IMG/VR virus record: IMGVR_UViG_3300033493_000008
Coordinates: 1-37,189 of that record
Reading direction: 5' to 3' (one strand)
DNA from: a virus
Lineage: Duplodnaviria; Caudoviricetes
DNA length: 37,189 nucleotides
Made by a program: the position numbers and the translations under genes. Positions 9,686 to 18,119 of the stretch are shown piece by piece; within the stretch, counting starts at the first letter, position 1, and the number at the start of each line of letters is the position of its first letter. The notes under the pieces are model-generated. The model saw nothing but the letters and a program-made list of their open reading frames with translations, was not told the origin of the DNA and ran no database searches.

Positions 9686-9991
9686 ATGAAAAAGCAAATC
9701 CCGCACGGTGATAAGGATTCAATCTGTCCCTTTCACCGTCTGTCCATGGCGGATGTTTGCCACACGTGCCCGTTGTGGATTCAGGTCAGGGGAAGACACC
9801 CCCAGACAGACGAAGAAATTGACATGTGGAATTGCTCTGTCGCCTTCTTGCCCATGTTGCTCATCAACAACGCCAAAGAGGTTGCAGACGGCGTAAGGGC
9901 GACTCTTTCGTTTAGGAACATGGTCGCCGAGCAAGAAACCGCAAGGCGAAACGAAATCTCAATAAAGAGGGAACAGATACCCTATGGCTGA
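9686..9991 (+). CDS. Cys-rich fibre-associated protein
   Basis: 'CPF...CHTCPLWIQVRG.HPQT....D.W.C' pattern, directly after the fibre gene. Confidence 0.65.
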   Translation: MKKQIPHGDKDSICPFHRLSMADVCHTCPLWIQVRGRHPQTDEEIDMWNCSVAFLPMLLINNAKEVADGVRATLSFRNMVAEQETARRNEISIKREQIPYG

Positions 9992-10124
9992 GAGAGTTCT
10001 AATTCCGCCCGTCAATAGGCAAGTCATCGATCCCAATACCGGCGTTATTCGTCCCGACTGGGAACGCTTTCTTCGCGAACTTGCCGCCGCCATCAACAAA
10101 CTTAATGCAACGGTGTTCCCTTGA
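9984..10124 (+). CDS. 46-aa small virion-associated protein (MAERVLIPPVNRQVIDPNTGVIRPDWERFLRELAAAINKLNATVFP)
   Basis: Translated by hand; GAGGG RBS upstream; its stop overlaps the endolysin TTG start (TTGA); fills the gap exactly. Confidence 0.7.
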   Translation: MAERVLIPPVNRQVIDPNTGVIRPDWERFLRELAAAINKLNATVFP

Positions 10125-11026
10125 GTGCAGTATTCAATAAACAGTTGACCGCCAGCCGCTTGCAGGCTATGAAAATTAACGCCTCAAGGTTGAGCGCGGT
10201 AACCAAGACGGCCAAGCGATTGGTAGCTGGGCGCGCTCGCTATGAAGGTGTTGAGCGGTTGACCGGCGTCCCGTGGTGGTTTGTCGCGGCCCTTCATGAG
10301 CGGGAGTCGGGCGGCGACTTCAAGACCTATCTGGGCAACGGGCAACCGCTCAACAGGGTCACAACGCTTGTGCCAAAAGGTCGCGGGCCCTGGTCGACGT
10401 TTGAGGCTGGCGCTGTCGACGCGCTGGAATATGAGGGTTATACCAAAGTTAGTGATTGGAGTATCGAGCATGCGCTTTGGTTGGCTGAGAAATATAATGG
10501 CCTCGGTTATGCCAATAAAGGCTTACCCAGTCCTTATATTTGGGGCGCAACAAACATACAGCGCCCTGGTAAATACAGAGAGATTAAAAATTCTAGTGGG
10601 GTTTACGTCTCGCGATTCTTCCCGTTAGAAATGGACACGCAAATAGGGGTTGCACCTATGCTACAGATCATTTCCGCCCTGGTTGGCGGAATCATTCCCG
10701 GCCTTATTGGGAACGTCATCAACGCCACAACGTCGACCGCTGGCGTCAACGTTCCCAAGAGTTCGGCGGCTGGCTCAATGTTCAACGTCGCCATCGGCGC
10801 GATCTTAACCGGCCTTGGGTCGACTGGTTTTGGCGTTGACGCGATTCACACCATCACTACACTGGCGGGCGTCGCCGTGGCGATCCTGAGCAGCATCAAC
10901 CACCTCGGATTGATTAGCGAATCCAACGCCAACACTGAAGCCCTGGTTGAGCAGTTGCTCACACAGATTGCCAACTATGAGCCGCCTATCCCTGAGGTAA
11001 AGTCGGAAACTCCCCCCGCAAGCTGA
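10121..11026 (+). CDS. Endolysin (lysozyme-family, COG5526-like) with C-terminal hydrophobic helices
   Basis: 'GVPWWFVAALHERES..F..YLGNGQPL...P.GRGP...EKYNGLGY...PSPY.W' motifs; hydrophobic C-terminal segments. Confidence 0.8.
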   Translation: MSAVFNKQLTASRLQAMKINASRLSAVTKTAKRLVAGRARYEGVERLTGVPWWFVAALHERESGGDFKTYLGNGQPLNRVTTLVPKGRGPWSTFEAGAVDALEYEGYTKVSDWSIEHALWLAEKYNGLGYANKGLPSPYIWGATNIQRPGKYREIKNSSGVYVSRFFPLEMDTQIGVAPMLQIISALVGGIIPGLIGNVINATTSTAGVNVPKSSAAGSMFNVAIGAILTGLGSTGFGVDAIHTITTLAGVAVAILSSINHLGLISESNANTEALVEQLLTQIANYEPPIPEVKSETPPAS

Positions 11027-11304
11027 TGAATATACATCAAGCAATCTATCAACTTGTACTCTCACTTAACAGAAAGATCGATGCAATGGCTTTGAACACC
11101 GAACGCCTTGTTGCTGCCGTTACCGCCAGCGAGACTGTTATTTCCAGCGTTGAAGTGCTTTTGGGCACCCTGGTGCAGGAAATTCGCGATCTTAAGGCTT
11201 CCAACGATCCGGCGCTTCAGGCGCAGATTGATGATCTTGCCAACCGTGTTGAGCTTAAGACGGCTGAGCTTGCCAAGGCGGCGGCGGATTCCGCCCCTGT
11301 CTAA
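11026..11304 (+). CDS. Coiled-coil hypothetical protein in the lysis region
   Basis: 92 aa; TGATG coupling to the endolysin; heptad pattern. Confidence 0.65.
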   Translation: MNIHQAIYQLVLSLNRKIDAMALNTERLVAAVTASETVISSVEVLLGTLVQEIRDLKASNDPALQAQIDDLANRVELKTAELAKAAADSAPV

Positions 11305-11324
11305 GGAAAACTGAGTTAAGCGTG

Positions 11325-11356
11325 AGGCGTGCTCTAAACAAGCACGCCTTTTCTTT
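11325..11356 (+). terminator. Rho-independent terminator
   Basis: AGGCGTGCT-ctaaaca-AGCACGCCT stem followed by a T-rich run. Confidence 0.75.
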
Positions 11357-11367
11357 GTGGGGCTAAG

Positions 11368-11733
11368 ATGAATATCCAACTCAATGGCGGCGCGACCTTG
11401 CCGCACAAGGGAGCACCGAGGTTGAAGCGAGCGCCAGCACGGCCAAAGGCAGAAGCGCAACCTCAGGCGCTCACCATCGCCCGGCTATGGCCTGGAATCG
11501 CTGCCGTGGGCGCGCTCATAATGACCCTCTTGAACTATCTGAACAGTAACGGCTTTATCGATCCGGTCGCCCACAAAAACGAAGTGGCCAACGTCGCGTC
11601 TGACGTGGCCACTGTAAAAGAGACACTGAAGAAAAACGACGCTGATCACTCAGTTATGCAAGCCGACATTAAGTCGGTTCTAGGCGGTATTGGCCGCATA
11701 GAAGGCAAACTTAGCGCCGGTAAACATCGCTAA
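11368..11733 (+). CDS. Membrane protein with one TM helix and a coiled coil (holin/spanin-like candidate)
   Basis: 'LWPGIAAVGALIMTLLNYL' TM segment; 'IKSVLGGIGRIEGKL' tail. Confidence 0.55.
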   Translation: MNIQLNGGATLPHKGAPRLKRAPARPKAEAQPQALTIARLWPGIAAVGALIMTLLNYLNSNGFIDPVAHKNEVANVASDVATVKETLKKNDADHSVMQADIKSVLGGIGRIEGKLSAGKHR

Positions 11734-11896
11734 CCTTGGTTGGCCCATGGGGATTAAAGGTCACCTTGGCGTGCAAGCCAAAGGTGCCAACCCATGCGCT
11801 TACCGCGATAAGCAACCAAGCGCCGTACTCCTCAAAGCCGCCGATAACGCTGGCGGCGACCAGTAGAAGCATCGCAATGAAAAAGTTATAGCTCAT
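11711..11896 (-). CDS. 61-aa two-TM membrane protein
   Basis: MSYNFFIAMLLLVAASVIGG...; ATGA overlap with the upstream micro-ORF. Confidence 0.6.
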   Translation of the reverse strand: MSYNFFIAMLLLVAASVIGGFEEYGAWLLIAVSAWVGTFGLHAKVTFNPHGPTKVSDVYRR

Positions 11897-11979
11897 AACA
11901 TCAGTCCTATGTTGAGTAAAACCAGCCACACGACTATGGATATCAGGGCCGCATACCAAAAGCCTCGCATCCAGTCCAT
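11893..11979 (-). CDS. 28-aa membrane micropeptide (MDWMRGFWYAALISIVVWLVLLNIGLML)
   Basis: Translated by hand; TGATG overlap upstream, ATGA overlap downstream; AAGGGG RBS. Confidence 0.6.
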   Translation of the reverse strand: MDWMRGFWYAALISIVVWLVLLNIGLML

Positions 11980-12059
11980 CAATGCCACCCCTTACCTCTT
12001 AACCAGTACAGAAGGGCGAAGCACACCAGGATCAGCACGGCCAACCCTGGTGCATTCAT
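11979..12059 (-). CDS. 26-aa membrane micropeptide (MNAPGLAVLILVCFALLYWLRGKGWH)
   Basis: Translated by hand; GGAG RBS just after the polymerase stop. Confidence 0.6.
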   Translation of the reverse strand: MNAPGLAVLILVCFALLYWLRGKGWH

Positions 12060-12072
12060 AAGCTCCAATTAC

Positions 12073-14082
12073 TTACCCGGCTTCGGTTTGCCCGGCGTCG
12101 GCTTCGGCCACGGTGCTTTTGGGCCGCCTGATCCCGGCTTTCCCTCGCTTTTTGGTTTCTTTGCCATATTCAAATTTCTCCGTAATTATGAGTTTCTTGG
12201 CTTCTGAGGCATAAAACCTCATATCGTACTCAATAGGCCCGCCATCAAACCTTTGAGCAATTCGGAGCTTGCTGGAATGCTCCGTATCTGCGTGTAAGTC
12301 CCATTGCGCGACCGTCTTGTGAACCGCGTCGCAGGCGCTGCACGTCCACGCGCCCTTCTTGCCGGTGCGCTCAGCCCAACCCTTGGCGTGGATGCGCGTT
12401 TTCGTCGCAGTCATGTATTTGGTACCAGCGTTCCCAGTCTCGGACACATAATACCGCACAACACCTGATAACTTCTCTTGGTTATCAAGCAATAGGTGGG
12501 ATTGCCGCGACAAGTCAAGCCTTAAAAGAAAGTCCCAACTGTTAGAATCATTTGCGCTAATGAAGTCTTCAGGGTCAACGCCGTCAAGCATGGCGGAAAG
12601 CGCCGCCCTGCGAACAATCGGCATGCTGTGGTTTTGGTGCCACTGGCGTTCAGGCTCATATGCACCCTTGAGCTTGACCCGCCCGTCTGTATACACCGCG
12701 ACATAGTTGTTCACGTCGCGGATGAACATCTTGGAATACTCAGCCATTTCAAGCTGCATACGGGTATGCTTGCTCCAAAGCTGCCACAGGTCTGTGCACT
12801 GGGCCCGCTTTCCGGGCGGGCAAATGAACGTCAGGCCGTCTGTGTTGACCTGGATGAGCTGCACCCCTGGCACGGTCAAGAGAAGCTCGGCAAGGCTGAA
12901 AATGAGGAATTGCCCGTTCATGGTGGTGCCCAGCATATAGCCGGGATCGTAGAAGCAGGTGAAAGGCGTGCCCGAGCTGCCGAACACCGAGTTCATGCCG
13001 TCCTTGATCGCCTTGGCGCGCGGCGTCTTCTTGCTCAGCGTGGCGCGCTCAGCCGCCAGCAATTCCATGAGGTCGCAGAAGCCGGGCCCGAGGTGCTTGG
13101 GGTGGATGCGGTTCACGACGCTGATCCGGGGATAGAAGCCGGTCACGTCCAGGTCGACAATGTCGTGACCCTCGATCACCATCTTACTCATGGAGGCGTG
13201 CCCGCCGCCGAGGCCCATGACGGCTTCCAACCCGCCGAGGTCAAAGGTGTACTCGTCTGGCGCGCCCAGTCGCTTGATTTTGCCAGACGGCAAGACGTGC
13301 TCGGTGATGGTGCAATCCTTGAAGTCCGACAACGCCTTGATCAGGACAGGCTGTCTGAAGCGCAGATAGGGGAACAGCACGTCGCTCAGCTTGACGCCAT
13401 CCAGGTAGTAAGTGCCCTTCGGCTTGCGCCGCCCGGTGACAGGGTCTTGCTCATAGCAGTCAATCCCCATTTTCTCAAGTTCTTGCTCAAAGAACTTGCG
13501 GCCTAGGCCCGTATCGGATTGGTTAATCCACTTGGGGTTGAGCTGCATACGGTGTTCAATCTTGTCTTTCGACAGGATTACAAACTTTTTAGTCTCTAAA
13601 ACGTCATGCTGGTTGTAATTGATGAGCACGTCAATCTGAGCGAAATCAAGAAACGTGCCAACCGGAAACGGCAAATCCTGCACCAGCTCAGAGCGCATGT
13701 TGAATTGAAGCTTTTTGAGGCTTGTCGATTTCGCCGGATTGTTAAAGTGATGCATTAAGAACACATCAACTTGCTCAATCACCGGATTCCAAATGGTGTG
13801 CTCAAAACGATCCTCAGCGCCAATGATCAGTTGGCAACGCTCATAGAGTTGAGCTGCCGTGGCGTTGGGGTGTTGCATGAACCAAAACAAAATAGGCCAG
13901 TCAAATCCCATGTTGTTAAAGCCATACATGCGCTTGCACTGGGCGACGTGGTGATACAGTGCATAGTTATCCTGTCGCCTGTCGCTAATCTCATAGGTGA
14001 CCATAGCGTCACTGTGAAGATCGCAAAATGTCGCAGTAAAGACGTTAGGGAACGTCTCTAAATCATAAACTTCCTCGCTCAT
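12073..14082 (-). CDS. Phage DNA polymerase, family-B-like, with 3'-5' exonuclease domain
   Basis: Exo motifs 'YDLETFPN', 'GFNNMGFD', 'YNQHDV'; polymerase motifs 'DVTGFYP', 'K...NSVFG', 'NTDG', 'RDVNNY', 'KLKG'. Confidence 0.88.
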   Translation of the reverse strand: MSEEVYDLETFPNVFTATFCDLHSDAMVTYEISDRRQDNYALYHHVAQCKRMYGFNNMGFDWPILFWFMQHPNATAAQLYERCQLIIGAEDRFEHTIWNPVIEQVDVFLMHHFNNPAKSTSLKKLQFNMRSELVQDLPFPVGTFLDFAQIDVLINYNQHDVLETKKFVILSKDKIEHRMQLNPKWINQSDTGLGRKFFEQELEKMGIDCYEQDPVTGRRKPKGTYYLDGVKLSDVLFPYLRFRQPVLIKALSDFKDCTITEHVLPSGKIKRLGAPDEYTFDLGGLEAVMGLGGGHASMSKMVIEGHDIVDLDVTGFYPRISVVNRIHPKHLGPGFCDLMELLAAERATLSKKTPRAKAIKDGMNSVFGSSGTPFTCFYDPGYMLGTTMNGQFLIFSLAELLLTVPGVQLIQVNTDGLTFICPPGKRAQCTDLWQLWSKHTRMQLEMAEYSKMFIRDVNNYVAVYTDGRVKLKGAYEPERQWHQNHSMPIVRRAALSAMLDGVDPEDFISANDSNSWDFLLRLDLSRQSHLLLDNQEKLSGVVRYYVSETGNAGTKYMTATKTRIHAKGWAERTGKKGAWTCSACDAVHKTVAQWDLHADTEHSSKLRIAQRFDGGPIEYDMRFYASEAKKLIITEKFEYGKETKKRGKAGIRRPKSTVAEADAGQTEAG

Positions 14083-14105
14083 GGCGCGCCCTTTAACGTT
14101 GGACT

Positions 14106-14134
14106 GGCGCGGCTCAAGGCCGCGCCTAGCTTTT
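14106..14134. terminator. GC-rich hairpin upstream of the polymerase gene
   Basis: GGCGCGGC-tcaag-GCCGCGCC, then tagctttt on the + strand. Confidence 0.4.
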
Positions 14135-14135
14135 A

Positions 14136-14756
14136 TTACTTGCCTTTGACCGTGTCAAACGTAATTTTCAACATCTTGTCGGCGCGCATACCATCCTTAA
14201 CCAAGTCATCACCACTGTGATAATTGTGCACGAACTTCAGGCAATAGAAGAACTCGCCACTGTTCTCATTCCAGCCTTTATAGGACACGACGGACCAACC
14301 CTTGTGCGAGTTGCAACGGGCGTCAACCCAGTCATGAGCGGGTGCTGGCACATCTATTGCGCCCGTGGGCGTAGGGAGTACACTAAAACCCTTGGCGGCA
14401 AGGTCATTGAGGAAGTAACGCCCGCCGATTCTTTCTCCCTGTTGTTCATAAAGCACACCATTAACAAGGTCTTCAACCTTTGTGCGGTTCAAACCGCCAA
14501 TGGATTTAGACACAGGGGCAATGTTAAACCCCTCTTCAAACATAGTGTCAACGAAGAATGTAGCATCCTCGTCGCTGATAAACGGCCCAATCTGAGATAT
14601 GGTTTTCTGAATAGCCTTAGTCAGCACAGTTTTAGGCTCATTAATACGGACTAAAGCAATACCGTTTTCCTTCAAACCGTCAATAAACCATTGACCGTCC
14701 TGAACATCCGAAAACGGGTCAATCTGAAGCAACAGTTTCTGAATAACGTCTTTCAT
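14136..14756 (-). CDS. Hypothetical protein with three degenerate ~40-aa N-terminal repeats
   Basis: Start MKDVIQK at 14756 with GGGAG RBS; repeats end in FIDGLKENG / FVDTMFEEG / FLNDLAAKG. Confidence 0.7.
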   Translation of the reverse strand: MKDVIQKLLLQIDPFSDVQDGQWFIDGLKENGIALVRINEPKTVLTKAIQKTISQIGPFISDEDATFFVDTMFEEGFNIAPVSKSIGGLNRTKVEDLVNGVLYEQQGERIGGRYFLNDLAAKGFSVLPTPTGAIDVPAPAHDWVDARCNSHKGWSVVSYKGWNENSGEFFYCLKFVHNYHSGDDLVKDGMRADKMLKITFDTVKGK

Positions 14757-14836
14757 TTCTTCTTTCTCCCGATTATTCCCGAGCCAATAAAAACTGCGAT
14801 TAGAAAGGCAAGCCCTGCGGCGGCAACTATATTCAC
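14753..14836 (-). CDS. 27-aa membrane micropeptide (MNIVAAAGLAFLIAVFIGSGIIGRKKK)
   Basis: Translated by hand; GTGA overlap with the HTH stop and ATGA overlap with the next start. Confidence 0.6.
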   Translation of the reverse strand: MNIVAAAGLAFLIAVFIGSGIIGRKKK

Positions 14837-15054
14837 AGATTGCCCCTATCCTTAGACGGCTCAACACCGTTCTCAGTGAAGACGCACCCCAAGCCCTCAT
14901 AAAAGAGCTGAAGCAAGTTCTGTTTCTTCTGTGACGGGATAATCACAGCATTCTCAAATTCATTGATGGTGCGGCTGCTTATCCCGATGTTGCTGATTTT
15001 GTGAAGCGCCAACTTAGTGAGCGCTCGCGCCATCCTTGCTTGTGCTGGCGACAC
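14833..15054 (-). CDS. XRE-family HTH regulator (alphaproteobacterial type)
   Basis: 'SPAQARMARAL...GISSRTINEFE...LFYEGLGCVFTENGV'; GTG start with GGGAG RBS. Confidence 0.75.
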   Translation of the reverse strand: MSPAQARMARALTKLALHKISNIGISSRTINEFENAVIIPSQKKQNLLQLFYEGLGCVFTENGVEPSKDRGNL

Positions 15055-15055
15055 C

Positions 15056-15277
15056 TTACAATCTCCCTGAATAATATTCGTCCCACGCGTCTTGCCAATC
15101 CTGATCATTGGATAGGTCGCAGGGGAGACACAACTTGCAGTGCCCCTCAAGCGTACGCGCCGCTATTGCGTGTTTCCGTCTGACAACCCAGCGCCCGCAA
15201 CAGGCACATGGCCCTGGCGCCGCCCATTGGCGACGCCAGACTTTGAGGTTGACCCAAGCCCTATTCAACCTGTCCAT
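15056..15277 (-). CDS. Small Cys-rich (zinc-ribbon-like) protein
   Basis: 'CACCG...CKLCLPC' with an acidic Trp-rich end; fills the gap between the SSB and HTH genes; start 15277 or 15268. Confidence 0.55.
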   Translation of the reverse strand: MDRLNRAWVNLKVWRRQWAAPGPCACCGRWVVRRKHAIAARTLEGHCKLCLPCDLSNDQDWQDAWDEYYSGRL

Positions 15278-16451
15278 CGGCGAAGCCGGGCAGCGACGGC
15301 ATGTCATCCGAAGGGGATACAGTCGCCGAGGGACTGGGCGAATTCGCCGAGTTCGTGAAGCCTTGGGCAGCGCCCGAGGTCGCGCCGCCCTGTACACCCT
15401 GGCCGTTGGCAGGGGGCGCTAAAGGGGCAAGGGTCATGAGCGCAGCATCCGGATGTATGCCCGCTGGCGCTGGGCCAAAGCCCTGAGGCGCTCCGGCCAA
15501 GGCATTGAGCAAAGGCATGAGGCCACGTTCGCCGTCTGGGTGACCTGGGATAGGGTTGCTCGGCGATGGTCCGAAGCCCTGAGGCGCTCCGGCTGGCGCT
15601 GGAAAGAAGCCCTCGTACGCCTGAGGCTGAGTGAATCCCTGATAACCTGCGTTATTCGGGTTCGGTGTACCCTGGAATTGCATAGAATTTGGCGCAACAC
15701 CCGGCGCAGACATAGGCGCTGTGTGTGTGGGTGTTGTTGGATATGAAGTGCCGCCGAATCCCTGCCCCGTGGGCGCGCCCGCATGTCCAACATATGCGTT
15801 TCCCGGTTGCACTGGCGGCGGCCCGAAGCCCTGAGGCGCTGGGCCGAAGCCCTGAGGCGCTCCGGCTGGCGGTAAAGGCGCGCCCATTGCAGCGACCGGA
15901 GCGTTTGCAAAGAGCTTCTCCGGCGCTGGGCCCACGACAATTTCCTGACCCGATCCGAGGATGCGCGTCATTTGGGGGTTCATGAACATGCCCGCATTGC
16001 CGTCAATCCGGCCGTTAGGCCGCACCGTGAACGCCACGTCAGCATACCAGCCAAGCTTTACGGTTGCCGGTTCAATGAGGCTGTTATCCGGCAGGCAAGT
16101 CTTGAGCGGGTAAGTGCTGCTAAACTTAAAGACGTACATCCCTTTGTAGAGCGGCTTGTCAGCAAATTTAGGGTGGTCGCCGTCAACCATCTTCCACGCA
16201 AAGCGCGAGTACGGGTCGAGCTGCATCTGGATGCGACGAACAACGTCAGGCACCTGACTGTAGAACGTGATTGCGTTCTGATAAATCTGCCCCATCACAG
16301 CAAGTACGCTGGGATCGCGCTTGTCCACGGCAAGGGCAAAGTAGTACTGCGGCTTGGCTCGCAGATTACCTTCATAATCCTTGAGACTGGGCACAGACAT
16401 ACTGCCCTCGATAAGACGCCCGCCGGGCGTTATCAAGCTAAGATCAGCCAT
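15261..16451 (-). CDS. ssDNA-binding protein (DUF2815/gp2.5-like) with a long P/G/Q-rich tail
   Basis: 'WKMVDGD...YKGMYVFKFSS...GWYADV...NAGMFMN' OB-like core; repeated APQGFGP; acidic end 'DDMPSLPGF'. Confidence 0.7.
   Translation of the reverse strand: MADLSLITPGGRLIEGSMSVPSLKDYEGNLRAKPQYYFALAVDKRDPSVLAVMGQIYQNAITFYSQVPDVVRRIQMQLDPYSRFAWKMVDGDHPKFADKPLYKGMYVFKFSSTYPLKTCLPDNSLIEPATVKLGWYADVAFTVRPNGRIDGNAGMFMNPQMTRILGSGQEIVVGPAPEKLFANAPVAAMGAPLPPAGAPQGFGPAPQGFGPPPVQPGNAYVGHAGAPTGQGFGGTSYPTTPTHTAPMSAPGVAPNSMQFQGTPNPNNAGYQGFTQPQAYEGFFPAPAGAPQGFGPSPSNPIPGHPDGERGLMPLLNALAGAPQGFGPAPAGIHPDAALMTLAPLAPPANGQGVQGGATSGAAQGFTNSANSPSPSATVSPSDDMPSLPGFADGQVE
15478..15861 (-). repeat. Four copies of AAGCCCTGAGGCGCT (+ strand starts 15478, 15574, 15826, 15847) encoding APQGF
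   Basis: Seen directly. Confidence 0.85.
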
Positions 16452-16465
16452 TAATTTAAGTCCTG

Positions 16466-16494
16466 TTGACAGTTTTGTTTAGGGAGGTTATTTA
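16466..16494 (+). promoter_or_regulatory. Sigma70-like promoter for the helicase operon
   Basis: TTGACA-17 nt-TATTTA in the divergent intergenic gap. Confidence 0.6.
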
Positions 16495-16517
16495 CTGCTT
16501 ACGAAAGGGAACATGAC

Positions 16518-18119
16518 ATGCTCAGGGATTACCAGTCAAGCCTAAATTCAAGAATTGACGACGCCGCCGCAAAGCGAGTGCTCGCGGTGCTCCCCACGGG
16601 AGGGGGAAAAACCGTTTGTATGAGCCACCAGGCGGCTAACTATGAGTTCGACAACATCGCGATTGCGCACCGTCAAGAGTTGACTTCTCAAATAAGTATG
16701 GCCTTTGCGCGTCAAGGGCTTGAGCACCGCATCATTGCGCCGAACGCGACCATAGACGCCATCCGCCAAATGCAGGTGGATAAGCTGGGGAAAAACTGGG
16801 TGCACCCGGGCGCGCCCGTTGGCGTCGCGGGCGTCGACACGCTGATAAAGCGCATTGGCGACCCATGGCTGAAGAAAGTGCGGCGTTGGCAGATAGATGA
16901 GGCTCACCACCTGCAACCTGAAAACAAGTGGGGAAGGGCGTGCTCCATGTTCCCCAACGCCGAGGGCGGCATAGGGTGGACGGCGACGCCATGTCGCACG
17001 GATCGCCGAGGCCTTGACGGTTGCTTTGATGAACTCATCGTTGGTCCAACGATGCGCGAACTCATAAACCGTGGATATCTTTGCGAATATCAGGTGTACG
17101 GCGTAAAGAGCGCGCTCAACCTCAGCAAGGTGAAAGTGGGCGCGAACGGTGAGTTCGTCCAATCCTCACTCGCCAAAGAGATGCATGAGGGCGAAGGCGC
17201 GACGATCACCGGCGACGCGGTCGAACATTATCTGCGGCTGGCGTACGGCAAGCGGTGCGTCGGATTCGTGGTCGACGTGCAGAGCGCTCACGAACTGGTC
17301 GCCAAGTTGGAGGCGGCTGGCGTCAAGGCGGCGGCGCTGCACGCCAAGACGCCCGGCGGCGCCCGGCGCAAGATCATAGAAGACTTCGAACTCGGTAACA
17401 TCCTCTACATCGCCAACGTGGACGTGCTCGGCGAGGGCTTCGATTGCCCGGCTATCGAGTGTGTCCAGATGCTGCGCCCAACCATGAGCTACGGCCTGTA
17501 CGTCCAACAGTTCGGGCGGGCGTTGCGCATCCTGCTGGGCAAGCTATTCGGGATTATCATTGACCACGTGGGCAACGTGTTGCGCCACGGACTTCCTGAC
17601 GGGCCGCGCGAATGGAGCTTGGCCGGGCCGCCTCGGCGGGTGCGTGAGGCTGAAGTCGCCATCAATGTGTGCGGCGATCCGAGTTGCATGAGGGTGTACG
17701 AGGGCTTTGAGCCGGAGTGCCCGTTCTGCGGCTGGCGTCCTGAGCGCCGGGAAAGCGCCGGCCGTGAAGCGCCTGCACAAGTCGCCGGTGACCTGACCCT
17801 ATACACGCCCGAAATGCTGGCCCAGTTGCGAGGTGAAGCCGCCCGGATCGCCGGGCCCGTCATATGCCCGCCAGGGCTTAGAGGCGGCCCGGCGGCTGGC
17901 AGGCTCATGCGCAACTGGGATGAGCGCCGAGAAGCCCAAGGCCAACTGCGCGACCTCATAGACGCATGGGGCGGGCGACAGGTGATCGAGCGCGGCGACA
18001 GCATCGCGGCGGCGTATCGGCGATTTCACCACATGTTTGGAATCGACACCCTGGGTGCGCTTTCTCAGTCAGGCCCGGATATGCGGGCGCTCTACAACAA
18101 AATAAAGGAGTCGCTATGA
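16518..18119 (+). CDS. SF2 (DExH) helicase with C-terminal zinc ribbon
   Basis: 'PTGGGKT', 'DEAHH', 'TATP', 'EGFDCP', 'QQFGRALR'; CGDPSC...CPFCG. Confidence 0.92.
   Translation: MLRDYQSSLNSRIDDAAAKRVLAVLPTGGGKTVCMSHQAANYEFDNIAIAHRQELTSQISMAFARQGLEHRIIAPNATIDAIRQMQVDKLGKNWVHPGAPVGVAGVDTLIKRIGDPWLKKVRRWQIDEAHHLQPENKWGRACSMFPNAEGGIGWTATPCRTDRRGLDGCFDELIVGPTMRELINRGYLCEYQVYGVKSALNLSKVKVGANGEFVQSSLAKEMHEGEGATITGDAVEHYLRLAYGKRCVGFVVDVQSAHELVAKLEAAGVKAAALHAKTPGGARRKIIEDFELGNILYIANVDVLGEGFDCPAIECVQMLRPTMSYGLYVQQFGRALRILLGKLFGIIIDHVGNVLRHGLPDGPREWSLAGPPRRVREAEVAINVCGDPSCMRVYEGFEPECPFCGWRPERRESAGREAPAQVAGDLTLYTPEMLAQLRGEAARIAGPVICPPGLRGGPAAGRLMRNWDERREAQGQLRDLIDAWGGRQVIERGDSIAAAYRRFHHMFGIDTLGALSQSGPDMRALYNKIKESL

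Noticed and set aside
12628-13506. 292-aa plus-strand ORF
   Set aside because: Antisense shadow of the DNA polymerase
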